DNA of 64,000 nt from a virus (taxonomy: Duplodnaviria; Caudoviricetes), in the IMG/VR virus record IMGVR_UViG_3300021075_000003, positions 2,212-66,211 of that record. One strand, 5' to 3'. Of this stretch, positions 48,202-57,536 are shown piece after piece (position 1 is the first letter of the stretch; every line of letters begins with the position of its first letter). The notes beneath the pieces were generated by a model. That model did no database searches. It saw only the letters and a list, made by a program, of their open reading frames with translations, and was not told the origin of the DNA. The translations under genes were made by a program, and so were the position numbers.

Positions 48202-49752
48202 ATGTCGAATCAAGCGTCGCCAGAATTGGCGACATTGCGTTTGGGCGGCGAGCGCGCCGCAGTGTTAGTTCGTGAACAATCGGAGCAGCCGCAAGATCGG
48301 ACAGTCTCGCCTGCAGTGAGCAGCATGGCAGATGCGATGTTTCACGATTACGAGCATGGGCAACCCTGGTTACCAGAGACATTCTTTAACAAGGGTGGCC
48401 CAGATATTCTGCAAGCGGTCCGCCTTTTCTGTCAGAAAGTAAACTTTAGCCGTACTGAGAATAATCAGTACTCGCTGAATATTATCCAACTGGCAGATTT
48501 GGTGGCCAAGCAGAGCAAGGCTTTGACATCCTCACTGCAGCTACTGTGTGACTGGACCGTATTAGTACGGATTGGTGTACGCAAGTTGCAGCGGGATTTG
48601 TCGGGCCTTGTGGCCATGGTACCGATGCCGCCGCCGGCGGGCGTTACTCTGGCACAGCCAGCCGACAGTATCGGCAAAAACCATTATGTAATCACTCACT
48701 TGCTAGGAGAGAAATTTCTCTGCCGCGGCTATGCCATGCATGTGACGCGTGATTACGATTGGGTCCTTGGCGGTGCAGAAGGCAACCGCTGGCACAAGGA
48801 CTTGTGGCTAACTCCGGGTATCCAGAGCGTCGAAGCCATCCTAGCCGCAAAGCGCCGCAAGCTAGAGCCAGGTGGGCATAAGTCCGACGGTAAAGAAGCT
48901 GCTTTTATTAAGCGGACTCTTGACGGGGCACGAACCTACTTGGAAAAGACACGTGGCGCAGCTGGCATTAAGGCTGCAAACTTCGGCGCCGCTCATGGCG
49001 CGCGACTGGATCTGGAGAACAAGCCAATCATGCAGGCCGCGCTGGCCTGTGTGCGCGCTATGATTGCGCAAATATTGAGTGCCAAAGAAGATCAGGTACT
49101 CGATGAGATTGTTAGCAGGCACGGCATCTCAAAGACCGATGGTTTACAAGATCCTAGCCTGGTAGGCAATGAAGAAGCATCACTGCGACACCACGCTGAG
49201 CAGCGAGAGCATGCAAATGCAGCGCATACAGCATGCGGTAGATTTGTAATACCGCAGTGCTTTATGGTATTTGCAGAGCAATCCATTCCAGACACTATTT
49301 CGGATGAGATCCGTACAACAGTGGATGGGCAAGCTGGTGTTGCAGTGAGTGCTGAAAATCTGACAGGTGCAGATTACGGACGGCTGAAGCGCAGTCCTGC
49401 TGCGCTATCCGATATTGAAGACTTGACGCCTCTGATTAACGCCTGCGGAGTAGCGGTCGTTAATGGGCAACAAGTAATCAATATGGAATCCGTAGAAGAA
49501 GGCGACACGAAGTGCACTAAGTATTATGTGGCAGACCAAGCACCTGTTACATTACCTACGTCCGAATTTAATAAGAAGGCAACAGTAAAGTTTATTCCTA
49601 TGGTGATCCGCTGCAAGCGGAAGCGCTTATGCCCTGAAGATATGCAGGGCAGCCAGGGTGGAGTTTACTTTGCAATGTCGTTCGAGGATGTAGCCGAGAG
49701 GTTTATACCGTGCAGTCGCCAAATGACAAAATCGGATCGATCAATTTCGTAG
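48202..49752 (+). CDS. large hypothetical protein
   Basis: 516 aa, AGGAG SD; no motif recognised. Confidence 0.7.
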   Translation: MSNQASPELATLRLGGERAAVLVREQSEQPQDRTVSPAVSSMADAMFHDYEHGQPWLPETFFNKGGPDILQAVRLFCQKVNFSRTENNQYSLNIIQLADLVAKQSKALTSSLQLLCDWTVLVRIGVRKLQRDLSGLVAMVPMPPPAGVTLAQPADSIGKNHYVITHLLGEKFLCRGYAMHVTRDYDWVLGGAEGNRWHKDLWLTPGIQSVEAILAAKRRKLEPGGHKSDGKEAAFIKRTLDGARTYLEKTRGAAGIKAANFGAAHGARLDLENKPIMQAALACVRAMIAQILSAKEDQVLDEIVSRHGISKTDGLQDPSLVGNEEASLRHHAEQREHANAAHTACGRFVIPQCFMVFAEQSIPDTISDEIRTTVDGQAGVAVSAENLTGADYGRLKRSPAALSDIEDLTPLINACGVAVVNGQQVINMESVEEGDTKCTKYYVADQAPVTLPTSEFNKKATVKFIPMVIRCKRKRLCPEDMQGSQGGVYFAMSFEDVAERFIPCSRQMTKSDRSIS

Positions 49753-50015
49753 GATCTTTTGATCCTACCATATGGCTTGAAAACAAGAATGACGAACATA
49801 GCCCACTCCTAGTACCATTATGGCCGGAAGATTACCCCAAACATCTGGCCGTGTATTTTTGTGAGTCTGGCAAATTAGGCGTCGCATTATCCCGCGAAGC
49901 AATGCTCAAGGCTTGTCATTCGTTGCTATCTGAGGAGCCCACCTTATGGTTTTGTAATATCCCATTGGATGAGCTACTCTCTGCAACAACAGCGGATCCA
50001 ACACTTTTCTTATAG
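49710..50015 (+). CDS. hypothetical protein
   Basis: 101 aa ORF. Confidence 0.45.
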   Translation: MQSPNDKIGSINFVGSFDPTIWLENKNDEHSPLLVPLWPEDYPKHLAVYFCESGKLGVALSREAMLKACHSLLSEEPTLWFCNIPLDELLSATTADPTLFL

Positions 50016-50027
50016 AAGGACTGTTTC

Positions 50028-50204
50028 ATGTCTCAGCCATGCGTTATAGTCATTTCCAGCGAGTATCTACATCAGTACGTGGATAGGGAATATGAGCCAA
50101 AGCCATGGGAAGAAGGCCCGTGCTTCGCAAAACTCAACGAGTTTGACATCGACTTTGGTACCTTCGAGCTGCCGGATCAGCCACTAGCAGTGTTGCATAG
50201 CTAG
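50028..50204 (+). CDS. 58-aa hypothetical protein (below track cutoff)
   Basis: AAGGA SD; MSQPCVIVISSEYL... Confidence 0.45.
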   Translation: MSQPCVIVISSEYLHQYVDREYEPKPWEEGPCFAKLNEFDIDFGTFELPDQPLAVLHS

Positions 50205-50230
50205 CACTAGCATGCATTAGAGAGTAAACT

Positions 50231-50271
50231 GAGTTGGGCGTGGGGAATTTCCCCCGCCCGACTCTTTTTTT
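50231..50271 (+). terminator. Rho-independent terminator
   Basis: gagttgggcg.gggga / tcccc.cgcccgactc plus T-tract. Confidence 0.8.
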
Positions 50272-50293
50272 ACCCATTGAAGGCCAAAGGCAT

Positions 50294-51388
50294 ATGTCGA
50301 TAGCAAAAGATAGTTTCTGGGATAGTGGCGGAGCTGGAGAATCACAGTTAGATCCAGCGCAATACCACGACCCATCCGAGGAGTTACTGCCACTCAGCCA
50401 CGCTACAACGGCTGCAGTGTTACCTACTGGATTCGCAGGCGCACGCGGTACAATTATTCGTAGGTCAACGATGGGCGGCGCGCCGCTAGGATTTGACCCA
50501 AACGGTGTTTCTATACGCGTTAACGTAGATCCGGATATTCCGGGGCAGGGTTTTGTAATTGACCCCACGCGCATATCTGAGGCGATGGCGCTGGCTGTAG
50601 TGCAAGAGGAGGGCGTAGGGCAAGCTTCGACTATCGAGGAGTTGCGCTATAGGGCTTCCAATGCAATGCAGCGTTTCGCTATAAATGAGAAGGTAGCAAC
50701 TGTACCAGACAGCAGACGGCAGCCAAGACACTCTCCGATAGCCATGCCCGGCGTCTATGTAGTGCCGGAGGCAACCCAGGGTGGCGGACAATTAGCTCCG
50801 GCACAGAATACAATACAGCCGTATAGCGCACAGGGCATACAGACGAAACCAGCAGCAAAACGAGATCAAATGGCAAAACATTCACAATTACAGGGGTTTG
50901 CCCCTGACACCCCGCGTAGTAATATCAGTGTACAGCAAGCGCAGCCAGAGGTAGTGCAACAGGCACCGCGACAAGAAACTGTAGTGCAACGGCCTGCCTC
51001 GCTATTTGCGTCTATGGCCAAGCAGCCCAAGCTTCAAGCTGCGGCGCACAGCAATGGCGATACGGCAGTGCCGCCGACATACAAAGTGACTATAGAGGTC
51101 AAAGACTCTCCTATCAGCATGGATACCTGGTTTCACGAGGTTATCCGTAACGAGCAGGTGTTGGCGCTTTGCTATGATTTGCGCACTATTGGATGCACGC
51201 GCACCCGACTACGAACGCAGCAAGAGGACCTAGCCATACACGTGGAAGGCTCGGATTCAATCTACATTTGCACCGATCCTGGCATCACCTTCAATCACCG
51301 AAATGAAGAGATTGCCATATACCTAATTAAGGCAGAGCATCCGGTCCATCCGCAAAATGATGGTCCACAAATGCCCAACTTGCTATAA
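50294..51388 (+). CDS. hypothetical protein, Gln/Pro-rich middle
   Basis: start after the terminator at MSIAKD. Confidence 0.65.
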   Translation: MSIAKDSFWDSGGAGESQLDPAQYHDPSEELLPLSHATTAAVLPTGFAGARGTIIRRSTMGGAPLGFDPNGVSIRVNVDPDIPGQGFVIDPTRISEAMALAVVQEEGVGQASTIEELRYRASNAMQRFAINEKVATVPDSRRQPRHSPIAMPGVYVVPEATQGGGQLAPAQNTIQPYSAQGIQTKPAAKRDQMAKHSQLQGFAPDTPRSNISVQQAQPEVVQQAPRQETVVQRPASLFASMAKQPKLQAAAHSNGDTAVPPTYKVTIEVKDSPISMDTWFHEVIRNEQVLALCYDLRTIGCTRTRLRTQQEDLAIHVEGSDSIYICTDPGITFNHRNEEIAIYLIKAEHPVHPQNDGPQMPNLL

Positions 51389-51431
51389 AATTCATCCTGT
51401 GATGAAATTAGGCATAACTACGGAGGATGCT

Positions 51432-51593
51432 ATGGAGAAAACCGGAGAGATTCGGCCGGGCGTGACGCCCGAGGTTAAGGAGCCCGAGAAGCGGGCCTGT
51501 ATAAAGTGTACCTTCAAGATACCATTCAATAAGCAAGTGACACAACTCGAAGACGATGCTGTCAATCGCTTAGTCAAACAGGTCAGCAAATAG
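51432..51593 (+). CDS. small protein upstream of portal
   Basis: GGAGG SD; MEKTGEIRPG. Confidence 0.5.
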   Translation: MEKTGEIRPGVTPEVKEPEKRACIKCTFKIPFNKQVTQLEDDAVNRLVKQVSK

Positions 51594-51600
51594 GTAACTC

Positions 51601-53577
51601 ATGAGCTTCATGGACCCAAATTACTACTCTCCTACGAGTGGTACCCAAGCAGAGCCGTTCCCAGATCCCTTTTGCGATTATGCCTCTACAGCGATGCCAA
51701 CGTCGCTGGAGAACGCATTACGCTGGTGTGAATATATCATGCTGGCTAATGGCGTATATCGCTCCGCTGTTGATCGATTAGTATCCTACTTCGTTACTGA
51801 TGTGGATATTAAAGGAACGGATCGCGAGAGCCGCGACAAGTACATGGACTATCTAAACAACACTATAGGCATCCATGCGCATTTGCGTACGGTTGCCTTA
51901 GATTATCTCACCTACGGAAACTTCTTTTCGTCGGTGGTTATACCGTTTAGGCGTAGTCTATCTTGTCCCGGCTGCGGCTTTGAGGCTCCTTTGAAGCAAA
52001 TCCATGGCAACCAGAAATTCGGGTTTAGCTGGACCGGACATGAGTTCTCTGCCACTTGCCCATTCTGTCAGTATGCTGGCAAGTGGTCGCATGTGGATCG
52101 TCGGGCTGCTGAGGACGACGCTATCGTTATTAAACGATGGAATCCGCATGAGATAGATTTGATCTGGGATCCGTATACCGATCAAGTCAGTCATATCTGG
52201 AAAATACCTCCGCACTATAAGCAGTATCTAGCTAAAGGCACGCTGTTCCACTTGGAGCGCGCGCCTTACGAGGTATTGCAAGCCGTTAAGAATAACAACC
52301 ACATTCAGTTCACGAATGACGTTATTTACCACGGCAAAGAACATACGCTGGCCGGCATCCTAAACAAGGGGTGGGGCATATCGCGCATTCTCACTAACTT
52401 CAGACAGGCATGGTACTTACAAGTACTACATCGCTATAACGAAGCAGTGGGTTTGGACTACATTATTCCATTCCGTGTCATCACTCCTATGCCCCGACCT
52501 GGCGGTGGTGAGGGCGCTGGCATGAGTGATCCGCTGTTCACTACGGACTTTGGCGGTTTCTCGGGTCAAGTTAATTCGATGCTACAAAAGCGTCGACGTG
52601 ATCCGACAGCTTGGTTCTCATTGCCATTCCCTGTGCAATACCAAGCGCTAGGTGCCGAGGCTGGGAATATGGCACCGCATGAATTAATGGATCAGGCACT
52701 GGATACATTGCTGAGCGCAGTCGGCGTGCCTGTGGAGTTCTATAAGGGTTCGCTTACCATTCAGGCAGCTCCAGCCGCGTTGCGTCTTATGGAGAGCAAC
52801 TGGAGCCATCTCACCCGCGTGCTAAATAACTACCTCCAATGGCTGGTAGACAAGATTAGCATCGCGCGTAATTGGGATGAGGTTACTGCAACCTTAGAAC
52901 GTCCGCAGCACGCCGACGACTTGCAACGCCAGCTGGCAAAGCTCCAGCTTATGATGGGACAACAGATCTCCCAGACAACCGGTCTCAAGAGCGTTGGCCT
53001 TGTCTTCGAGGACGAGCAGAAGCGCATGCAAGAAGAGCAGAAGTTCGTGGCCGAAGAGAGCCAGAGCACGCAAGAAGAGATGCAGATGGCTGGACTGGGC
53101 GAACAGATGGCGCAAGGCCAAGACCCAACACAGGGAGGCGCTCCTGGCGCTGCCCCTGGCGGTGCTCCTGGTGGCGACCCATCCCAAGGTGGCGCTGCTC
53201 CGGCTGGTGGTGCTCCTCAGGGCGACGCATCTTCTGGGCAGGCTGCAACAGCACCTGTAGACCCAGTGCAGGCAGCACTAGCAAACGTGCCGCCTGAAGG
53301 GCAAGCGCAAATGACTCCTCAGGAGTTAAACGATGCGGCAAATACGATCAGTCAGCAAGTGTTTGCGCTACAGCCGCCTGATCGTATCAAGGCACTGCGA
53401 CAACTCAAGCAAAAGAATCCCACGATTCATAGCTTGGTTAAGAGTTTACTCGAACAGCTTGACCAGCAAGCGGCATCCAAGGGTAAACAAATGCAGCAAC
53501 AGCAAGCGCAGCAGACGCAGAGTCAATCAATGGCTCCGCCTCCTGCGCAGGGTGGCGGGGGCGCGCCGCCGCAGTAA
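51601..53577 (+). CDS. probable portal protein with Zn-ribbon insertion and Gly/Gln-rich tail
   Basis: DYLTYGNFF portal-like motif; size and helical pattern; CPGC...CPFC insertion. Confidence 0.55.
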   Translation: MSFMDPNYYSPTSGTQAEPFPDPFCDYASTAMPTSLENALRWCEYIMLANGVYRSAVDRLVSYFVTDVDIKGTDRESRDKYMDYLNNTIGIHAHLRTVALDYLTYGNFFSSVVIPFRRSLSCPGCGFEAPLKQIHGNQKFGFSWTGHEFSATCPFCQYAGKWSHVDRRAAEDDAIVIKRWNPHEIDLIWDPYTDQVSHIWKIPPHYKQYLAKGTLFHLERAPYEVLQAVKNNNHIQFTNDVIYHGKEHTLAGILNKGWGISRILTNFRQAWYLQVLHRYNEAVGLDYIIPFRVITPMPRPGGGEGAGMSDPLFTTDFGGFSGQVNSMLQKRRRDPTAWFSLPFPVQYQALGAEAGNMAPHELMDQALDTLLSAVGVPVEFYKGSLTIQAAPAALRLMESNWSHLTRVLNNYLQWLVDKISIARNWDEVTATLERPQHADDLQRQLAKLQLMMGQQISQTTGLKSVGLVFEDEQKRMQEEQKFVAEESQSTQEEMQMAGLGEQMAQGQDPTQGGAPGAAPGGAPGGDPSQGGAAPAGGAPQGDASSGQAATAPVDPVQAALANVPPEGQAQMTPQELNDAANTISQQVFALQPPDRIKALRQLKQKNPTIHSLVKSLLEQLDQQAASKGKQMQQQQAQQTQSQSMAPPPAQGGGGAPPQ

Positions 53578-54623
53578 TGACAGAACGTGTAGCAATAGTC
53601 ACGCGTTACATGCAACGTGAAATCTGCCATGCTGCGCTGCAGCTGGCAGATTCCGCTACGCGCTACGGACTGCCAGTGCGGTTAATAGGGCGGAACGACT
53701 GTAATAACAACGTGTCGCACTGGGATCGTCATGTAATACCAGAGCGCTTCACTAACGTGGGCAGCTGGATGCAAGGGTGCAGTTCTGTCATCTGGACCCA
53801 GGTGCCTTCTATGTTTGAGCTGGGCTATGCCAAAGAGCATGGCATAGCCACAGCGCTGTTAGTGAACTGGGAAGAGTTACAACCAGTACATGAAGGTATA
53901 TTGCGCGAACTGGACAAGATTATTGTTCCATATAAATGCACTCAAGCCGCACTGGCTAGCCACTGCTATCTCAAGCATGTGAAAGTGTGCTATCTGCCCT
54001 GGGTAACCAGGGCTCCGCTGTGTAAGCCAAACTTACTGCGCAAGGGACTAGTCGTACATTTCCCACTGTACGACTCACAACCGGCCAGAGCGGATCAGCA
54101 CGTGTTTAAGCTGATGTCTAGCATACTGAGCGAATTCCCTGCCGCGATTGTGAGTGTTGCTTGCGGCCATAAGTGGTCCCGCTCGTCTAGGGCATTGCTC
54201 AAACAATTGAAGAAAGACTATAATAACCGACTTGTGACATATGCTGCGCCCGGCGCATATGAACGGCTAGAGCTATTCGCTAAAGCCGATCTAACTGTAT
54301 GGGCGCCACGCTTTGAAAGCTTTGCGCTTATTGGACTTATGTCACTGGCAATGAGCACACCAGTCATTTCGTGGGATATCCGGCCGCAGACCGAATACCT
54401 GCAAGGATGGAAGAATTCAGTACTGGTGCCGTGCGAGACGAATAGTAATTGGCTAGACATACCAGAAGTAGTAGGGGGTTACGCGCGATTCGAGGAGCTG
54501 TTGCTTTCCACGTTGCATGATCGCGCATTACTGGCCAAACTAAAGTGTTCCGCTTCCAATGGATTAGACGCCAGGCGCAAACAGTTTGATGCTGCCTGGT
54601 CTGACTTTATTAAGAAAGACTAA
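53577..54623 (+). CDS. GT-B glycosyltransferase (GT4-like)
   Basis: ADLTVWAPRFESFALIGLMSLAMSTPVI, NSVLV. Confidence 0.7.
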   Translation: MTERVAIVTRYMQREICHAALQLADSATRYGLPVRLIGRNDCNNNVSHWDRHVIPERFTNVGSWMQGCSSVIWTQVPSMFELGYAKEHGIATALLVNWEELQPVHEGILRELDKIIVPYKCTQAALASHCYLKHVKVCYLPWVTRAPLCKPNLLRKGLVVHFPLYDSQPARADQHVFKLMSSILSEFPAAIVSVACGHKWSRSSRALLKQLKKDYNNRLVTYAAPGAYERLELFAKADLTVWAPRFESFALIGLMSLAMSTPVISWDIRPQTEYLQGWKNSVLVPCETNSNWLDIPEVVGGYARFEELLLSTLHDRALLAKLKCSASNGLDARRKQFDAAWSDFIKKD

Positions 54624-55023
54624 ATTGACAGTACCAAGCCAAATAGAGTGGCGCGAGCGCATCCGTAAAATGCGTAGCGAAGGCGTAATTCTTACACACG
54701 TACCTGTACAACAGCTGATGCCAGCAGTACGGCCGATACCTAATACTAGGCCATTTGTGCCTACGCCTGGGTTAGCGCCTATCAAGCTAGCGCCGCCTCC
54801 GCAGCAAGCAGAGGTAATCAAGCCTAGGGAGCAACTGCTTCCGCCAAACGTACAGGAAACTTCCGTAGCGCCAATACAGGCGTACGTTGAAGCCCAAGCT
54901 AAAGCAATCCCGCCAGCGCCAATACCAGCGCCTACGGTGACGCCAGCTAAAGTTCGCGCAAAGCGAACTATCTAGTTAGCATACAATCAGACTAAGAAAC
55001 TAGAGCAATAGGAGTTCACACAC

Positions 55024-55491
55024 GTGAACGATGTAACAGAATTATTGTCGTTGCTGGTAAGCCAGTATCAGACGAAGCAATTCAGGGTAGATGGCGCGCA
55101 GGAACAATCCGTACCAGCGCCGCTAGATCAGCTTGATGCTGAGTTTACTTCAGGTCGTTCTCCGGCCACGCAGGAAGAGCGCAGCGAGCAGCTTGCCGCG
55201 CGACGAGGCATAGAGCACTTTGTAGCATTCTGCCGCCAGTTCCTAAAGGAGCATCCGCCTGAGACGCACATCATGCTTGCGCAAGGGTTCGGGGTGCGCT
55301 TGACAGGTGGCTACGATGTAAGCCTTACTCCAACTCAGTACGAGTCACTTGGCGGTCAGCTTGAAGATGCTCCGTCGTATGCGGTGACTGTGGGTATGGG
55401 GCATCCGGCAATGCGCGGAGTAGAGTCTAGCCCAAGCTATGCAGTTACAGGAGAGCAGGCGCACCCCGGCTTGCGCGGACCCGGTGCCTGA
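55024..55491 (+). CDS. hypothetical protein with PSYAVT duplication
   Basis: AGGAG SD; two PSYAVT..HP..RG units. Confidence 0.55.
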   Translation: MNDVTELLSLLVSQYQTKQFRVDGAQEQSVPAPLDQLDAEFTSGRSPATQEERSEQLAARRGIEHFVAFCRQFLKEHPPETHIMLAQGFGVRLTGGYDVSLTPTQYESLGGQLEDAPSYAVTVGMGHPAMRGVESSPSYAVTGEQAHPGLRGPGA

Positions 55492-55554
55492 AGACAGACT
55501 TAGTATGCGGCATTATAATACGAAGTATAGTCATTTAATCAACACGGGGCAAAA

Positions 55555-56013
55555 ATGAAAACTATACCGATGGATGACATCAATATTGGCCAGGCCGTTA
55601 CAATTCTTCACGGCCCTTACGAGACGGTAATGATGCCGCCCATGATGTTAAATGGCGAAGACCCGCCTACCATAGATACGGCTACGCCTGGCCGTGTATT
55701 CATTATCGAGGCTGTCGATATGAATACAAAACTGATCATGCTTAAAGCTCTGGATGGCGGCGGACCGCCACAACAGAAGATGCAGCAGGTCGGCTCACTG
55801 ATGGCGCTGTTCCCGGAACAATCAAAGCCGGATACCTACATTTACGAGCTCAATAAAATCGAGCTTGCCGTAGTCAGCCCGGAATGGCTGAAAGCCTACA
55901 CGCGCAACTTCTGCGCACACAAGAGAGGTACCACTGAGCTACGAGAGAGGCCGCGTAAGCCACGACCCGCCATTGCGGATGAAATGGCAATTAGAGACAG
56001 GCCAGCTAGTTAA
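55555..56013 (+). CDS. hypothetical protein
   Basis: 152 aa, downstream of a GGCATTATAATA motif. Confidence 0.55.
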   Translation: MKTIPMDDINIGQAVTILHGPYETVMMPPMMLNGEDPPTIDTATPGRVFIIEAVDMNTKLIMLKALDGGGPPQQKMQQVGSLMALFPEQSKPDTYIYELNKIELAVVSPEWLKAYTRNFCAHKRGTTELRERPRKPRPAIADEMAIRDRPAS

Positions 56014-56168
56014 GGTAGATCTGGCAAGCGACCAATGCTATAGGTTGCGCACAGGGGATAGCGTAACAACGCCTGAAGGACGCGCTAGAATCAAAGAGAT
56101 TTTCTGGCACACGCAAACAAGCGCCACATCGGTGCTGCAGCTAACATAGCTAATACAAAACAATACAT

Positions 56169-56204
56169 AAGCCCGTCAGCTAACAACTGACGGGCTTTTC
56201 TTTT
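56169..56204 (+). terminator. Rho-independent terminator
   Basis: aagcccgtcag / ctgacgggctt plus T-tract. Confidence 0.8.
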
Positions 56205-56207
56205 GGA

Positions 56208-57128
56208 GTGACAATGTTACAAGACCTATTGTTAGGGCACCTACTAGGCAATCGAGATCCGCGCACCCTAGTTGAGTTAGCGCATCTACAGCTTAAGTCT
56301 GGTAGGCTTGCGCTAGCGAACTCGCCAGAGTTAATGGCTACGGCTGCAAAGCTGTGTAAGGAGCGCGCAAAGCTATACGAGGCTAGCTCGACGCTGGAAG
56401 ACTTGAAGGCGCAATACGACTTCAATAGTCATATTGGGCGCTTAGCGTTTGCAGCAGCCTGTCTGCCAGAGCATTTGCGGAGCACCGTGCTGCACGACGT
56501 ATTCAAGACATTGTGTGTATGGATAGGTAAATCAGGTGAGTGGGCTGAGACTACGCCTGGTAGTATGCTTCGAGCTAGCAAGGAGCGGCTGCGCTGCATG
56601 GATACATCTGCCGCGGTATTGCAGCAAGTGAAAGACGTCCTGTGTCCTGCAGTAGACAGTAACGCAACACTCGACGAGTTTGCGGATGCGCTTCATGACT
56701 ACCTGGCAGAGATGTTTGATAAGGCAGATGTAGAGCTAGCGAAGATGGAGAAGTGTACCGAGGATCTAAACGACGATGGGTTGTTGGATCGGCTAGCTGC
56801 TGCCATGCCTGATGATGAAGAGGAAGACTCGGAGACAGATGTGGTTGATAACTGGGCATCTGCGCATCCGCTAGCTGGCAAGCGTTGCTACCTGCGTGAC
56901 GATGTAAGGCATCCGCATCGTCAGATAAGTAGTATACCAGTGGATGTTATCGACTGGGATGTTAGAGCTAATCCGCAGCCAGAGGAGCTCTACGAATTCA
57001 ATATGCGGCAGGACATATACAACCTACCGCAGGACGGAAAGTACGTGATGGTCAAAGCAGTAGCGCACGAGTACGGTGAGGACCGACTCATCGTACATGA
57101 GACTGAGATAGAAGCTGACACCCATTAA
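56208..57128 (+). CDS. hypothetical protein
   Basis: 306 aa ORF. Confidence 0.65.
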   Translation: MTMLQDLLLGHLLGNRDPRTLVELAHLQLKSGRLALANSPELMATAAKLCKERAKLYEASSTLEDLKAQYDFNSHIGRLAFAAACLPEHLRSTVLHDVFKTLCVWIGKSGEWAETTPGSMLRASKERLRCMDTSAAVLQQVKDVLCPAVDSNATLDEFADALHDYLAEMFDKADVELAKMEKCTEDLNDDGLLDRLAAAMPDDEEEDSETDVVDNWASAHPLAGKRCYLRDDVRHPHRQISSIPVDVIDWDVRANPQPEELYEFNMRQDIYNLPQDGKYVMVKAVAHEYGEDRLIVHETEIEADTH

Positions 57129-57133
57129 GCGGA

Positions 57134-57382
57134 GTGGATGTCAGATATAACTTTTCCGCTGTAACCTGTAAGGGAGTACCTAAGGTGGACGATAACAAGA
57201 TGTTGCCTGTGGTGCAGGAGCACTACGCAAAACTCAGGATTGCCATTGAGGCAGCGCTAGGGCCGAAGAAAGAATCTTCGGATTCGGCAGCAACAGATGC
57301 CCAAAAGGAAGACGACATCTGGGCTGCGCATTTCAAGATGGACCTAGGTGGCTATAGGTGTCCACCCAAGCCACGATTGTAA
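57134..57382 (+). CDS. hypothetical protein
   Basis: 82 aa ORF ending before a terminator. Confidence 0.5.
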   Translation: MDVRYNFSAVTCKGVPKVDDNKMLPVVQEHYAKLRIAIEAALGPKKESSDSAATDAQKEDDIWAAHFKMDLGGYRCPPKPRL

Positions 57383-57388
57383 ACACTC

Positions 57389-57428
57389 GTAGGATGACTG
57401 GCTTCGGCCAGTCATCCTGCATCTTTTT
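57389..57428 (+). terminator. Rho-independent terminator
   Basis: gtaggatgactggc-TTCG-gccagtcatcctgc plus T-tract. Confidence 0.9.
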
Positions 57429-57518
57429 GTTAGCTATCAGCTTTAGATTTTGTAATTGATATGAAAATCTAGGGTATGGTTTATACCCCTAAAACACGTT
57501 AACAACGGACATAAACGC

Positions 57519-57531
57519 GGCAGTATATAAT
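57519..57531 (+). promoter_or_regulatory. putative promoter for the large ncRNA
   Basis: GGCAGTATATAAT with TATAAT at 57526-57531, similar to the recurrent GGCATTATAAT motif. Confidence 0.5.
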
Positions 57532-57536
57532 GATGG

